Part shown: positions 18,677 to 29,629 of the stretch, in pieces
Layout: each line of letters begins with the position of its first letter
Position numbering within the stretch: the first letter of the stretch is position 1
Source: Spirochaetia bacterium
GTDB lineage: Bacteria > Spirochaetota > Spirochaetia > SP-2023
Assembly: GCA_965225855.1 (NCBI GenBank)
Contig: CBDDCK010000001.1
Location: 160,001 to 224,000, forward strand
Direction: 5' to 3'
DNA length: 64,000 nucleotides
Translations under genes and position numbers: made by a program
The notes under the pieces: model-generated
The model's input: the letters and a program-made list of their open reading frames with translations, nothing else
Database searches by the model: none
What the model was told of the DNA's origin: nothing

Positions 18677-20476
18677 TTAAGATTGATATGCATCACGATG
18701 AATATCACGCACAGCACGACCAGAAGGGTCATCAAATGATTGGCTACCAGCATAAGCTTTGCCCGCACGAACCAACCATTCAAAACCTGTTTCCGTAGAG
18801 CACGCTACCGATTTAATTTGAGGCACGGTCAAAGCTGCAGAAGCATTAGGAAACAATTTTTCAAAAATACTGCGGTAAAGATAAGCTTCCTTAGAACTGG
18901 GAGGATTGATCGCAAAACGGAGGCTGGCCCGCTGCATCTGGGCATCGCTAATTTCCTTTCCAGCCAACGCTTTGAGACCGTCAATCCAACTATAACCCAC
19001 ACCATCAGAAAATTGTTCTTTTTGCCGCCACAAAATATCTTCATCTAAATAACCTTCAAAAGCCTTGCGAAGCAGCCATTTTTCCATACCGCGTTGACGC
19101 CCCAATTTAGGATTGGCCATTTTATTGGCTGGATTAAAACGCATCGCAATATCGAGGAAACGGCGGTCTAAAAACGGCACACGAGGTTCTACACCCCAAG
19201 CCATCATAGCTTTATTAGCCCGCAGACAATCATAGTAGTGGAGCCGCTGCAATTTGCGCACTGTTTCTTTGTGCAACTCTTGGGGATTGGGAGCATGGTG
19301 AAAATATAAATAACCACCAAAAATTTCATCAGAACCTTCACCCGAAAGAACCATTTTGATACCCATAGACTTAATTTTTCGTGCCAACAAATACATCGGA
19401 GTAGAAGCCCTAACGGTGGTAACATCGTAAGTTTCTAAGTGATAAATAACTTGGCTTAGAGCATTCAAACCATCATCTACGGTAAAATGGAAATTGTGGT
19501 GCACTGTCCCCAATTGAGCAGCCACTTTGACTGCGGCTTGCAAATCGGGAGAACCTTTTAACCCAATGGCAAAAGAATGTAAGCGCGGCCACCAAGCTTC
19601 ACTTTGGTCATTATTCTCAACGCGAAGGCGCGCATAACGTGCTGCAACTGTAGCAATTAGTGAAGAGTCCAAGCCTCCACTAAGCAACACACCATAAGGT
19701 ACGTCCGACATTAAATGGCTATGCACAGAATCCTCCAAACTGTTACGCAGCATAGTTAAAGCTTCATTACAAGCATCATTATTTTCTTGTTCGGCATCCA
19801 GCATCGGAGGAAACACGTGAGAGTTGTTATTCAATCTATCCAAACTATTCAATTGCGAAAATTTAAACCAATGAGGCTGATAATAACATTCTAGCTTGCC
19901 AGTTCGGCTATCCAAATAATGCCCCGGAGGAAAGATATTCACCGATGTACAAGAATCGGCAATGCACTTCATTTCTGAAGAAACATAAAAATGGCCTTTT
20001 TCATTATAGCCTGTATACAATGGAATAATACCTAAGTAATCGCGTGCCACTAAATATTGTTTCGTTTCTGTGTTATACAGAATAAAGGCAAACATACCAC
20101 GCAATTCGTTCAAAAAATCCAAACCCTTTTCCATGTAATCCAAATACAAAGGCAAAAGCACTTCACAATCAGAGTCGGACTGGTAAGCATAAGATTTGTA
20201 ATGTCGGCGAAGGTCTTGATAATTGTAAATCTCACCATTTACCACTAACACCAATTTGCCATCAGCAGAAAACAGTGGCTGCTCACCGGATTCCATACCG
20301 ATAATCGCCAAACGCTCGTGGGCAAATAAGGCTTCATTATTCATGTAATAACCGCTCCAATCAGGTCCACGGTGGCGTTGTCTCATCGATAAATCGGTCA
20401 AATGCTCACGTTGCTTTTGAGGTTGTTGTTCGTTATTATCATAGTTCAATTCCAAAATACCTAAAATTCCACACAC
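18677..20476 (-). CDS. asnB: Asparagine synthetase B (glutamine-hydrolysing)
   Basis: GTG start at 20476 (GGAG RBS at 20484-20487) gives M-CGI with the Ntn cysteine; RHRGPD, LSGGLDSS, SGEGSDE, WRQKEQFSDGVG. Confidence 0.96.
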   Translation of the reverse strand: MCGILGILELNYDNNEQQPQKQREHLTDLSMRQRHRGPDWSGYYMNNEALFAHERLAIIGMESGEQPLFSADGKLVLVVNGEIYNYQDLRRHYKSYAYQSDSDCEVLLPLYLDYMEKGLDFLNELRGMFAFILYNTETKQYLVARDYLGIIPLYTGYNEKGHFYVSSEMKCIADSCTSVNIFPPGHYLDSRTGKLECYYQPHWFKFSQLNSLDRLNNNSHVFPPMLDAEQENNDACNEALTMLRNSLEDSVHSHLMSDVPYGVLLSGGLDSSLIATVAARYARLRVENNDQSEAWWPRLHSFAIGLKGSPDLQAAVKVAAQLGTVHHNFHFTVDDGLNALSQVIYHLETYDVTTVRASTPMYLLARKIKSMGIKMVLSGEGSDEIFGGYLYFHHAPNPQELHKETVRKLQRLHYYDCLRANKAMMAWGVEPRVPFLDRRFLDIAMRFNPANKMANPKLGRQRGMEKWLLRKAFEGYLDEDILWRQKEQFSDGVGYSWIDGLKALAGKEISDAQMQRASLRFAINPPSSKEAYLYRSIFEKLFPNASAALTVPQIKSVACSTETGFEWLVRAGKAYAGSQSFDDPSGRAVRDIHRDAYQS

Positions 20477-20571
20477 AACATTGCTCCATAAAACTCTGAA
20501 CCCCTTGCAGAGCATCTCGCTTAAATTCAGAGTAGCATACTGAAAAGCGAGAGTTCAGAAAACTGTTCTAC

Positions 20572-21222
20572 CTATTTTCGATAGAGTTCTTGATTACGGC
20601 CAAAAACATGGATAGCTTCTGTACCACTGGCTTGTATGTCTTCCCAGTCTACATCTAAGGCATCGATTTTCCAGCCCTGATCTTTTTTGATAAAGTACAT
20701 GTTTGCCCGTAAAAATGCACGGTTATCATCAATACCCAGCCTACAACGAACCCGAGCGTAATCGTAGTCAATAACAGGATTCGCTAAACGCACTAAGCTC
20801 AATTGTAAAGATTTCACAGGCAATAAATTTTTTACATGCCCGGTTTTTGAACCGTTGCTCTGCTCAATTTCCGAAAATTGCTTTGAGGGAATTTTCTGCG
20901 CTTCACGGAATAAAGTCGGCATATCTTTGGTAAATGGAGCTACTTGTTCTCTCACTTGGAATTTACCATCATTACTAAGTAGAGTCGTATCCAACTTGCC
21001 AATATTTACTTGGTTCCAAAAACTGCGGATTAACTCAAAAATTTCTTGGGTCGCCCGTGAAGCTCCATCAGGCACATACATCAAACCCAAAACCTTATCC
21101 TGCGGGTAGATATTATCCCCTAAAAGATGGCCCAGTGCTTCATCTTGTAAACTCTGGCCAGCTAACGGTAAGCCCCAATTGGAGCTCAAGACCAAGCACA
21201 ACATAATGAAAGCGAAACGCAT
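20572..21222 (-). CDS. Hypothetical exported protein
   Basis: Signal peptide; 216-aa ORF. Confidence 0.65.
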   Translation of the reverse strand: MRFAFIMLCLVLSSNWGLPLAGQSLQDEALGHLLGDNIYPQDKVLGLMYVPDGASRATQEIFELIRSFWNQVNIGKLDTTLLSNDGKFQVREQVAPFTKDMPTLFREAQKIPSKQFSEIEQSNGSKTGHVKNLLPVKSLQLSLVRLANPVIDYDYARVRCRLGIDDNRAFLRANMYFIKKDQGWKIDALDVDWEDIQASGTEAIHVFGRNQELYRK

Positions 21223-21236
21223 TTTTGTATTTATTT

Positions 21237-21650
21237 CTATTCGCTTAGATTGACCGTACTTTCATTTTCCTGCAGGGTTTTATTTTCGCCTGCTTCGATA
21301 TTCGGTTGGCTATCTTGTGGTTTGCTTTGATCCTTCATCGCTTTCCGTTCCAGTTGTTCTTGCTTGTTTTTTTTTTGCTGATAGCTTTTTAGCTCTGCAA
21401 GCTTGTGATACAACTTGCGTTCATTGATAAATATGGATACCACACCTAAAGCTAGAGCAGATCCTATGAGCAAAAAAGAAATTAACAAACTGGAAAGTCC
21501 TAAATTTTCCAGCTCCCACCAGCTCCCCAGTAGTGAAAATTTATCAATTAAGATGTTGTTGTTTTGCCACAAAATTGCGCTTAAAAAGCCAATAATAATG
21601 GGGAAACATAGTATCCCTATTAACCGTAGCACGAGCTTGATTCGTTCCAA
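21237..21650 (-). CDS. Hypothetical membrane protein (2 TM, LapA-like layout)
   Basis: Two hydrophobic helices followed by a charged coiled tail. Confidence 0.6.
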   Translation of the reverse strand: MERIKLVLRLIGILCFPIIIGFLSAILWQNNNILIDKFSLLGSWWELENLGLSSLLISFLLIGSALALGVVSIFINERKLYHKLAELKSYQQKKNKQEQLERKAMKDQSKPQDSQPNIEAGENKTLQENESTVNLSE

Positions 21651-22060
21651 AAGAAAACCCTTTATAAAATACTGGCTAGTATTTAGAAAATTTCAACTAT
21701 TTGTACAAATAGCATTGTCCATAAATTTTTAGCATTATACCAATTTGTTGGGTACTGTGTAAAAGTTCTGCTAGAGAATACCTTTATAAAAATATGGACT
21801 TTCTGTATAAATGGACAAAAGTATAAAAAATATTTTAAATATACCGAGTAACTATTTTTGGAAATAAGCACGGTAAGTATAATAATTCTTGGAAGGGAAT
21901 AACAATCATACAGAATGGCTACAATCCATCTGGGGTAGTTACAAAAAACCTACAAGAAAAATAACACCAAATGCCTATTTTATCATTACTTGCGTAATAG
22001 ACTTATATATCAGAAAATCTAGTATCACATTATACATAAAATAAGCTGTTAAATTGTGGA

Positions 22061-23212
22061 GTGTTAAAAATTTATATGTACAAAGTTGATAGTGTTAGTA
22101 TTTTAGCAGGCGGCGGCGGTACTAGACTATGGCCAGCATCAACCGAACAACACCCCAAACAATTTATGAAAGTGGCTGCCAGTAAAAGTCTTTTACTGCA
22201 AACTATCGAACGTTCTTGGGCTTTACAGCCGGCTTTAGGTGTTTTTGTCATTTGCAACCAACGCCATCTGAATGAAATTCACGATGAGATAGCTCAACTT
22301 CCAGCAGAACAAGTCCGTAAAACATATGTGATGTCAGAGCCTTTTATGCGCAATACAGCAACAGCTTTATTTTACGCCAACTTGCTAATTGAAGAATTGG
22401 CTGGCCCCCAAACTATCAATTTGGTACAAACTTCCGATCATTTGGTTGGAGAATTTCATGCCTTTAACAAGACTATAGACAAGGCTGTTGCATTGGCGCA
22501 AACGCAGCGCATCGTAGTCTTTGGAATAAAACCTTTATATCCTGCCACTGGTTATGGCTACATTGAGCGAAGTACTGCTATTCTGGAAATAGAAGAAGGC
22601 TTTCAAGTAGAGCGATTTACCGAAAAACCCACGCTTGAAGAAGCTCAAGAATTTATCGCCAGTGGCAAGTACTATTGGAATTCGGGCATGTTTTGCTACC
22701 CGGTGGGGCTTTTTTGCAAAGAGCTTACCGCTTTAACTCCAAATATTCCGGCTGCCTTTGGGGATTTTAAAGCCCTCAGAAATAGTTTCATTCAACAGCT
22801 AGAAGTAAAAGAAAACGCTATATTATTACAACCTTCGGCACAGCTCGAAGCAGCTTACAATAGTTGCGAAAGTATTTCCGTAGATTATGCGCTTATGGAA
22901 AAGACCAAAAAGTTGGCCTTGCTACCTGCAAATTTTGATTGGAACGACATTGGTTCTTGGGACGTACTTTCCACTTTAGAACCGAGTAGCACACTTGTCG
23001 TGGAGGTAGGGCAAAGTGGTGGTAATTTCGTACGCAGTAGCCTGCCCGTTGCTCTTTGCAATGTCGGTAACCTAATTGTTGTAGAAGAAAATGGCGTCTT
23101 GTTAATTTGCGAAAAAGGTTCTACTGAATTGGTCAAACAAGCCCGAACTTGTTTAATCGACCTTATCCAAGAACAAAGGTCTGGACAAAGTGAAAGTTAT
23201 AGCTCCACTTAA
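22061..23212 (+). CDS. manC: Mannose-1-phosphate guanylyltransferase
   Basis: ILAGGGGTRLWPAS..PKQF, EP..RNTA, TGYGYI, FTEKP, WNSGMF, SVDYALME, WNDIGSW. Confidence 0.93.
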   Translation: MLKIYMYKVDSVSILAGGGGTRLWPASTEQHPKQFMKVAASKSLLLQTIERSWALQPALGVFVICNQRHLNEIHDEIAQLPAEQVRKTYVMSEPFMRNTATALFYANLLIEELAGPQTINLVQTSDHLVGEFHAFNKTIDKAVALAQTQRIVVFGIKPLYPATGYGYIERSTAILEIEEGFQVERFTEKPTLEEAQEFIASGKYYWNSGMFCYPVGLFCKELTALTPNIPAAFGDFKALRNSFIQQLEVKENAILLQPSAQLEAAYNSCESISVDYALMEKTKKLALLPANFDWNDIGSWDVLSTLEPSSTLVVEVGQSGGNFVRSSLPVALCNVGNLIVVEENGVLLICEKGSTELVKQARTCLIDLIQEQRSGQSESYSST

Positions 23213-23226
23213 ATTTGTTTTAATAA

Positions 23227-23772
23227 TTAAAACGCAAAACTATTTTGTTGATGGAGAAGACAAATCGCTGCAGCCAGAGCATCAGCAGCATGATGAGAAT
23301 TTTGAATGCCCAACCCCAAGCTTTCATTTTGTTTTAAGCCCAATAGAAAAGCGACCATCTCCTGCACTTGTTTTTTTTGCGCTTTACCGTGGCCAGTTAC
23401 AACTTGCTTAATAAGGTTTGCACTAAATTCGCTTACAGGTGCATTGTGTTGTGTGGCACAGAGCAATATGACCCCGCGCGCATGGGCAACAGGCAAAGCA
23501 CTACTGCTATTTTTATTAAAATATAATTCTTCTACTGCGCATTGCACAGGTTGGTAATGGCTGAAAACAACGGCTAATTCTTGATAAAGCTTTTTCAAAC
23601 GCTCTGTAAGCGGCAAAGAATTATTAGTCTTTATTTCACCACATTCGATGAAACGCAGAGTCTGAAAAGCCCTTGAATGGATTCCTCTAGCCTGATAGCT
23701 TGCTGGACAGATGATTCCCCAGCCACAATGAGCTAGGCCTGGATCAATACCAATAACGTTGTTTTTTTCCAT
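23227..23772 (-). CDS. ruvC: Holliday junction resolvase
   Basis: IGIDPG, AVEELYF, ARGV, ADALAAA; probable ATG at 23772. Confidence 0.95.
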   Translation of the reverse strand: MEKNNVIGIDPGLAHCGWGIICPASYQARGIHSRAFQTLRFIECGEIKTNNSLPLTERLKKLYQELAVVFSHYQPVQCAVEELYFNKNSSSALPVAHARGVILLCATQHNAPVSEFSANLIKQVVTGHGKAQKKQVQEMVAFLLGLKQNESLGLGIQNSHHAADALAAAICLLHQQNSFAF

Positions 23773-24028
23773 TATAGTTTCTTTTAAAATTGGATTAATA
23801 ACTACAATTAAATTCCAGATAAAATTTTTACAATATTTCATTATAATGATTTATCTGCTATATGAAAAAATATTAAACAAATTTTAAACCTTCCACATTC
23901 TCTAGCAATAAAGTTTTATTAGAGCATCACTATTCAGAAATTTTAAAATTTCTTATAATCTTTGGACTGTTATTATCCTAGTTGATTTATCCATGAGTAA
24001 TATCTAATTTTAAAAATAAGAAGTATTT

Positions 24029-25375
24029 GTGATGACCGGATTTTTGTTTACATTTATAGCTATAAGTGTTTTAGCTATTTTGGCTTTTCCTTTAATAATT
24101 TTAAAAAATAAAATGAAAGGTTCTAGGTGCGATAAAGAAAATGTCCTATCGAGTTTAAAAACATTAGAACGTAATCCAGAAGATATTTATGCCTTAGAGC
24201 ATCTAGGCTGGGTTCGCTATGAAGAGAAAAACTATAAAGAGGCCTATCATTATTATTCGAAATTGGTTGTTTTAATTTCCAATAATGATGGAAGTCATAG
24301 AATACCTTCTCTCGATCGCTATCAAGTTTATTTAAATTTTGGTATTTCGGCTTATCATATAGGGGAAAAAGCAGAATCTTTTACTTGTCTACAGAAAGCT
24401 CGGCTTGTGATAAACAATACCAATACATTTAAATTATTTTATTATATTGGTTTAATAAATTTTGAAAAAGATAACTATCTCGATGCTAGTTCCGCATTTC
24501 ATACTGCATTAGAACAAGCCCCCAATCATAAAGAAACAAGAACAAAGTTAGCCATTTGTAATTATCAGCTAGGTAAATTTGATAGAGCTTTACCTTTACT
24601 AGAAGAGCTATCCAATCCCGAAGAACCAGGGGAATTAGATTTTTTTCGGGCAATTTCTCTTGTTCAGCTCAATAAAAAAGAAGAAGCATTAGATTGTTTG
24701 ACCAATGTGGCAAATAGGTTAGAAGAATACCGCCTCCGTTGTTGGTATGAGATGGCAAAGATTTATCTTGAGCAAAAAGCAACAGAAAGGACCGTAGAAG
24801 TTTGTCAAGATATTATAAGCTTGGGTGATACTGCTGGTATTGAAGAATTGAGTTTCGCCTACTATGAAGGTGCTAAAATTTTTGCGAAAATGGGCTCCAT
24901 TGATAAAGCGGCAAAAATGTTGGGAGCTCTGCTGAAGTTCAACAATTCTTACCAAGATGCAGCCATTTTATACAAGCGTTATAGAGCTAGTCAGGATTGC
25001 CCACAACTCTTTCGCCTGCTGGAAGGAGATGAGGAAGTTCGCCGCCGAACTGCGATAAAATTGGCCGATGTTCTGGTGCCAAATTTAGTTGATATTGAAA
25101 TCATAAGCGAAGGTGCAGGCGTATTTGAAGTCTCTGCATATGAAAAAAAAAATAAAGATAAATATTATATTTGGGCTTGTTTTCAGGACAAAAAAGTTAC
25201 AATGCGCCAAGTTTTTCACGCTCATGTAAACTCTAAGCAATATGGTTGTGTCCGTTGCGTTCTGGCCAGTCTTTCTGGTTTTGAACAAGATACAGAAACT
25301 TATGTCAAGGGGCGACCCATCACTTTAATATCTAAAAGTGAATTGAAAGAGTATATTGATAAAATTGATGGTTAG
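24029..25375 (+). CDS. Membrane-anchored TPR protein with C-terminal restriction-endonuclease-like (Mrr-type) domain
   Basis: N-terminal TM, multiple TPR helices, C-terminal GCVRCVLASLSGFEQDTETYVKGRPITLISKSEL. Confidence 0.75.
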   Translation: MMTGFLFTFIAISVLAILAFPLIILKNKMKGSRCDKENVLSSLKTLERNPEDIYALEHLGWVRYEEKNYKEAYHYYSKLVVLISNNDGSHRIPSLDRYQVYLNFGISAYHIGEKAESFTCLQKARLVINNTNTFKLFYYIGLINFEKDNYLDASSAFHTALEQAPNHKETRTKLAICNYQLGKFDRALPLLEELSNPEEPGELDFFRAISLVQLNKKEEALDCLTNVANRLEEYRLRCWYEMAKIYLEQKATERTVEVCQDIISLGDTAGIEELSFAYYEGAKIFAKMGSIDKAAKMLGALLKFNNSYQDAAILYKRYRASQDCPQLFRLLEGDEEVRRRTAIKLADVLVPNLVDIEIISEGAGVFEVSAYEKKNKDKYYIWACFQDKKVTMRQVFHAHVNSKQYGCVRCVLASLSGFEQDTETYVKGRPITLISKSELKEYIDKIDG

Positions 25376-26299
25376 GGCTTTGAGAAATTTATATTATTTA
25401 TTTTTTTATCTGGCAAAGAAAAATAATAATCTTTTTGGGGCGACTATTGTTTGCTTCTTGTGATGGCTTGCTTTGGCAGCAGCAATATAAAATTGTAGTA
25501 GTGCTACTGGAAACAGATTCTCTTTGGAAGCAAAATTATTCGACAGCGTTTTAGTTCATATAAATTTAATGATAACCTCGGCCGATAAATTATTTATCAA
25601 ACAAGGTCTTAGCGAAAAGTTTTCTTGGCTCAAATTACACGATAAATATCGCAGTGTAATTATTTGGGCTTCCCGTCCACTGGAAAAAATTTCACCAGAA
25701 ATTCGCAAAGGATTATCTACAAAGGTACCGTTTTAATTGTCTATCGTTATCGTCCCATTGGGCCTTGAACCCAATTTGGTTATTGAGCCTGCTTATGAAG
25801 ATTTAGGAAGAAAACAAGCTGCTTTTCTGAAAACACTGCCTTTTCGCAGTCCGTTGGTTTTGCTAAGTGAAAATTCAGATATTCTGGAAGCCGTCCGCAG
25901 TTATAAAACCTTACTTTAAAACTTATTAGAGCAATTGCTAAGAGTATTTACAGACAAAGCCAGAGCAAACCATAGGTATACTTTGCCCTTCCTTTGATTG
26001 CGGACGCAAAGCATTAAGTCTGGCAAAAATACTATGGGCCAAATCGCTTTGAGTTTGATAGCAAAACCATGGATAATCTTGAAGATATGGATAATATGGA
26101 AAAATCGCAAATTTTGGATATGTTTCGTGTTAACCAAAACCTCCGAGTACAACTGCTGGCTATTGAAAGTAGACGTTTGATTCAAACGGCCATTATGCTA
26201 GCTTTTTATTATTTAAAACTACCTCCAAATTCATCGAATACAAATATACCAATAGAAACAAAGTTACCATCTGGTGCTCAACTCTTATTTAAATCTTGA
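25368..26299 (+). pseudogene. Decayed gene, probably once a lipoprotein
   Basis: ATG 25368 overlaps the upstream stop; an LLFASC lipobox lies in a shifted frame; 25524-26180 is one frame broken by in-frame stops (25734, 25917, 25995). Confidence 0.6.
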
Positions 26300-26398
26300 C
26301 ATACCTCATACATAAATACAAAGCCGTGAATGGGTGAAAAATGCTTTCTAGCCTGTATGATTTTATTTAAACATAATCGGATATAGAGGATTTTAGCA

Positions 26399-27273
26399 AT
26401 GCTAGTTTTTGGGATTTTAGGTATCGCTGTATTTATAGTCATTATAGTTATATATTTTCATAGAAGGCTTAGCCATAGAGATTGGCTCAATACAGATGAT
26501 GGTATTTTACAACAAGCGTTAGAGGATTTGCAGCGTAACCCCAAAAGTATAGAATCTTTGCTTATTACCGGTAGTATATTCTACAAGAAAAAAATTATGA
26601 AAAATCTTTTGAATGCTATTCAAAAATTATCGTTTTAACGAGCCCAGATATAAAGAGATACTTAAACCAAGAAGCTTGTTTCCAAGTCTATTTAGAATTT
26701 GATATTGATGCTTATCACCTAAAAAAATTTGATAATGCCATGATCAGCCTAAAAAAAGCACGCAAAACCATTCCCGATGCATCTGATTTAAAGCTTGCAA
26801 AAACTTTAGGTTATTTATTGTACAGAAAGGGGAGTTATTCTGAAGCTGTCAAAGAATTAGCAAGTGCCCGAAAATTAAAAATCGCTGATAGTAATAATAG
26901 TTTTTATCTAAGAATGTGTTATTTTCAATTGGGCCGATATAAAGTCGTAAAACAATTACTACTGCTATTACTACCCAGGATACGCAGAATAGAAAATGAT
27001 CGGTATCAATCTCACAACATTGATATGCTTGTAGATTCAATGAAAAAACAAGAAAGTACCAATTATTATGTTTGGCTCGATCTGCATAATGAAGTAGTTC
27101 GTTTGGAAAAAGTGCGAGAAGTATTTGATCGTGGCAAAAAAATAGGTTGTAGCCGTTATTTACTGATAAGTACAGATATTTTTGAAGATAGTGTTGAACA
27201 ATTTAAAGAGGTTCGTCCCATTGAAACTGTGGAAGGTCCAGCATTGCGTGAAAAGCTACTAAAAGTACCGTAA
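26399..27273 (+). pseudogene. Frameshifted, internally shortened paralog of the TPR/Mrr-like gene at 24029
   Basis: One extra A in the A7 run (26588-26594) joins 26399-26638 and 26740-27273 into YKKKNYEKSFECYSKIIVL...QVYLEF, colinear with the paralog's YEEKNYKEAYHYYSKLVVL...QVYLNF. Confidence 0.8.
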
Positions 27274-27408
27274 AACTTTATTATATAATAAATAAAATAT
27301 TTTAGGTTACGCAATAATCTACTGCTTATTTTCACAGTAGGCATAAAGATATAAAATAAATTTTTTTCAAAATTCCTAATATGATTAGGTATAAGTGAGA
27401 GGTTTTTT

Positions 27409-28761
27409 ATGAATGAAAATGTCAATTTGTTGGTCGAAGAGCTTGGTGAGCGCAAAATTCCTTCGCCAATGAATTATGCCTATGGCGAAAACAGCGAGGT
27501 GTTGGCTAGTATCAACGAAATAAAATTTACGAGAGACCCTTCGCGAACTCGGGTACCAGTGCCCAATCGGTTCCAGTGTTTAGGTTGCGAATATCCTATT
27601 GCGATTGAACGCGAACATTCGATGGAATTAGCTGGCCCGCGTAAAGAAATTTTTTTTGATCCAAACAAGACAACAGCAGCAATTGTTACCTGTGGCGGAT
27701 TATGCCCCGGCCTGAATGATATTATTTGTTCTACTGTAAACACTTTGTACAACTGCTATAAAGTGCGCAACATTATTGGCATTCGCAATGGCTACCTCGG
27801 CTTTCAATCGGATTCCCCTACCGTTCAGCTAAACCCAGATGTCGTGAAAACGATCCATAAAATTGGAGGTTCCTTCCTTGGTTCGGCCCGTGGTGGTGGG
27901 AAAAATATTCCCCAAATTGCCGCACGCATTCAGCAACTAGATATCAATATTTTATTCGTTATTGGTGGTGATGGTACCCAAAAAGGGGCTCGCGATATCA
28001 GCGACTATTTAAAAAAGCAAGGGCTCAAAATAGCCGTAGTGGGAATTCCCAAAACCATTGATAACGATATTTTGTTTGTACACAAAACTTTTGGTTTTGA
28101 TACGGCAGTATCTTTAGCCACCCAAGCTGTGGAATCCGCAACTGTTGAAGCCTCAAGTGCTCCCAATGGAATTGGGCTGGTAAAATTGATGGGGCGCGAT
28201 TCAGGTTTTATTGCGGCCCACACGGCCATTGCTTCCCAAGATGCCGATTTTGTGTTGATCCCGGAAGTCCCATTTGATTTGGCAGGAGCGAATGGCTTGC
28301 TTTATCATTTGGAACAGCGCATTGCCAAATTTGGTCATGCCGTTATTGTCGTTGCCGAAGGCGCAGGCCAAGAGTTTTTTGAAGAAAATTCGCGCTCGCA
28401 AGACAAAGGCGGCAACCTGCTCTACAAAGATATAGGTACTTTTTTGCGTGATGAGATCAAAACATATTTTGAGCGAAAAAAAACAAATATAAACTTAAAA
28501 TATATTGATCCCAGTTACATGATTCGTGCAGCCCGCCCCATTGCCACCGATGCCTTCTACTGCGCGCGCTTGGGAACCTATGCGGCGCATGCTGCAATGG
28601 CAGGCAAAACCTCCATGTTAATATCATATTGGAACAGCACATTTATCCATATTCCCATTTCGGTTGCCGTTACCAACCGAAAAATGATTAGCCCCGGCAG
28701 TACTTTATGGAGGCATGTGATTGAAGCAACTGCCCAACCTGTTTCCATGAAGAATGATTGA
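27409..28761 (+). CDS. pfkA: ATP-dependent 6-phosphofructokinase (group II 'X' clade)
   Basis: VTCGGLCPGLN, GGDGT, PKTIDND, KLMGRDSG, LKYIDPSY. Confidence 0.93.
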   Translation: MNENVNLLVEELGERKIPSPMNYAYGENSEVLASINEIKFTRDPSRTRVPVPNRFQCLGCEYPIAIEREHSMELAGPRKEIFFDPNKTTAAIVTCGGLCPGLNDIICSTVNTLYNCYKVRNIIGIRNGYLGFQSDSPTVQLNPDVVKTIHKIGGSFLGSARGGGKNIPQIAARIQQLDINILFVIGGDGTQKGARDISDYLKKQGLKIAVVGIPKTIDNDILFVHKTFGFDTAVSLATQAVESATVEASSAPNGIGLVKLMGRDSGFIAAHTAIASQDADFVLIPEVPFDLAGANGLLYHLEQRIAKFGHAVIVVAEGAGQEFFEENSRSQDKGGNLLYKDIGTFLRDEIKTYFERKKTNINLKYIDPSYMIRAARPIATDAFYCARLGTYAAHAAMAGKTSMLISYWNSTFIHIPISVAVTNRKMISPGSTLWRHVIEATAQPVSMKND

Positions 28762-29597
28762 TGAGAAAGCCTCCAAGGTTCTTTGCCATTATATGCCTTT
28801 TGGGAATATTTTTTATATCTATTCCTAACATGTGGGCACAAGAGCCTTCTGCTTTAAAGCCATTGGTTGCACAATTTGACTTTACCAAACAAAGCTTTCA
28901 GGTTTTTATCAAAAAATATCTGGAGCCAATATATTGTAAAAAAATAGAAAATCAAATGTTATTTTTTTTGGAGTTGTTGGCAGCTGTGATAAAACAACAA
29001 AAAGAAAAACCGTATTTAAGCCGTTTGGTAGACAAAAAACATTCCCTTCCCAAAACTTATGTGCCAACGGATTTGGTAGCGCTGAAACAATATCCCGAAT
29101 TAAATTTGGCTCGGAAAAATTTGTACTTGCGGAAATTGCTAATAGCTGATATTTTAGAAATGAATCGAGCCGCATTAGCTAGCGGAGTTTCTTTGTTTTT
29201 AGGATCGGCTTACCGCTCTTTCGATTACCAGAAAACTCTTTTTCAGCGTTATACCCAACACCATGGTCTGGCTCTAGCGAATCGTTATTCGGCCCGCGCA
29301 GGCCAATCGCAACATCAATTGGGTTTGGCCATCGATTTTATCCCCATTAGTCGGCATTTTGAAAATACTCCTGCAAGTCAATGGCTACAGCAAAATGCCC
29401 TTTCTTATGGCTTCTCATTATCTTATCCTAAGGGTGTGGAAACTTTTACTGGTTATATTTATGAACCTTGGCACTATCGTTATGTAGGCAAACCAATTGC
29501 AAAACTGATTTCCCAATATTTTGCCGGTTTGCAATATCAGTTCTATTCATTTTGGCAAAAGGCTATCCCAGAATTAAAAAAACGTTATCAGGGCTAA
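28758..29597 (+). CDS. M15B (VanY-like) D-Ala-D-Ala carboxypeptidase
   Basis: SAYRS..YQ, SQHQLGLAID, YEPWHYRYVG. Confidence 0.92.
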   Translation: MMRKPPRFFAIICLLGIFFISIPNMWAQEPSALKPLVAQFDFTKQSFQVFIKKYLEPIYCKKIENQMLFFLELLAAVIKQQKEKPYLSRLVDKKHSLPKTYVPTDLVALKQYPELNLARKNLYLRKLLIADILEMNRAALASGVSLFLGSAYRSFDYQKTLFQRYTQHHGLALANRYSARAGQSQHQLGLAIDFIPISRHFENTPASQWLQQNALSYGFSLSYPKGVETFTGYIYEPWHYRYVGKPIAKLISQYFAGLQYQFYSFWQKAIPELKKRYQG

Positions 29598-29629
29598 CGG
29601 ACAAAAATTTTAGTACGAAAAACAAATTT

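Noticed and set aside
28758..29597. Vancomycin-resistance gene
   Set aside because: A stand-alone M15B D,D-carboxypeptidase with no van cluster; normal cell-wall enzyme.
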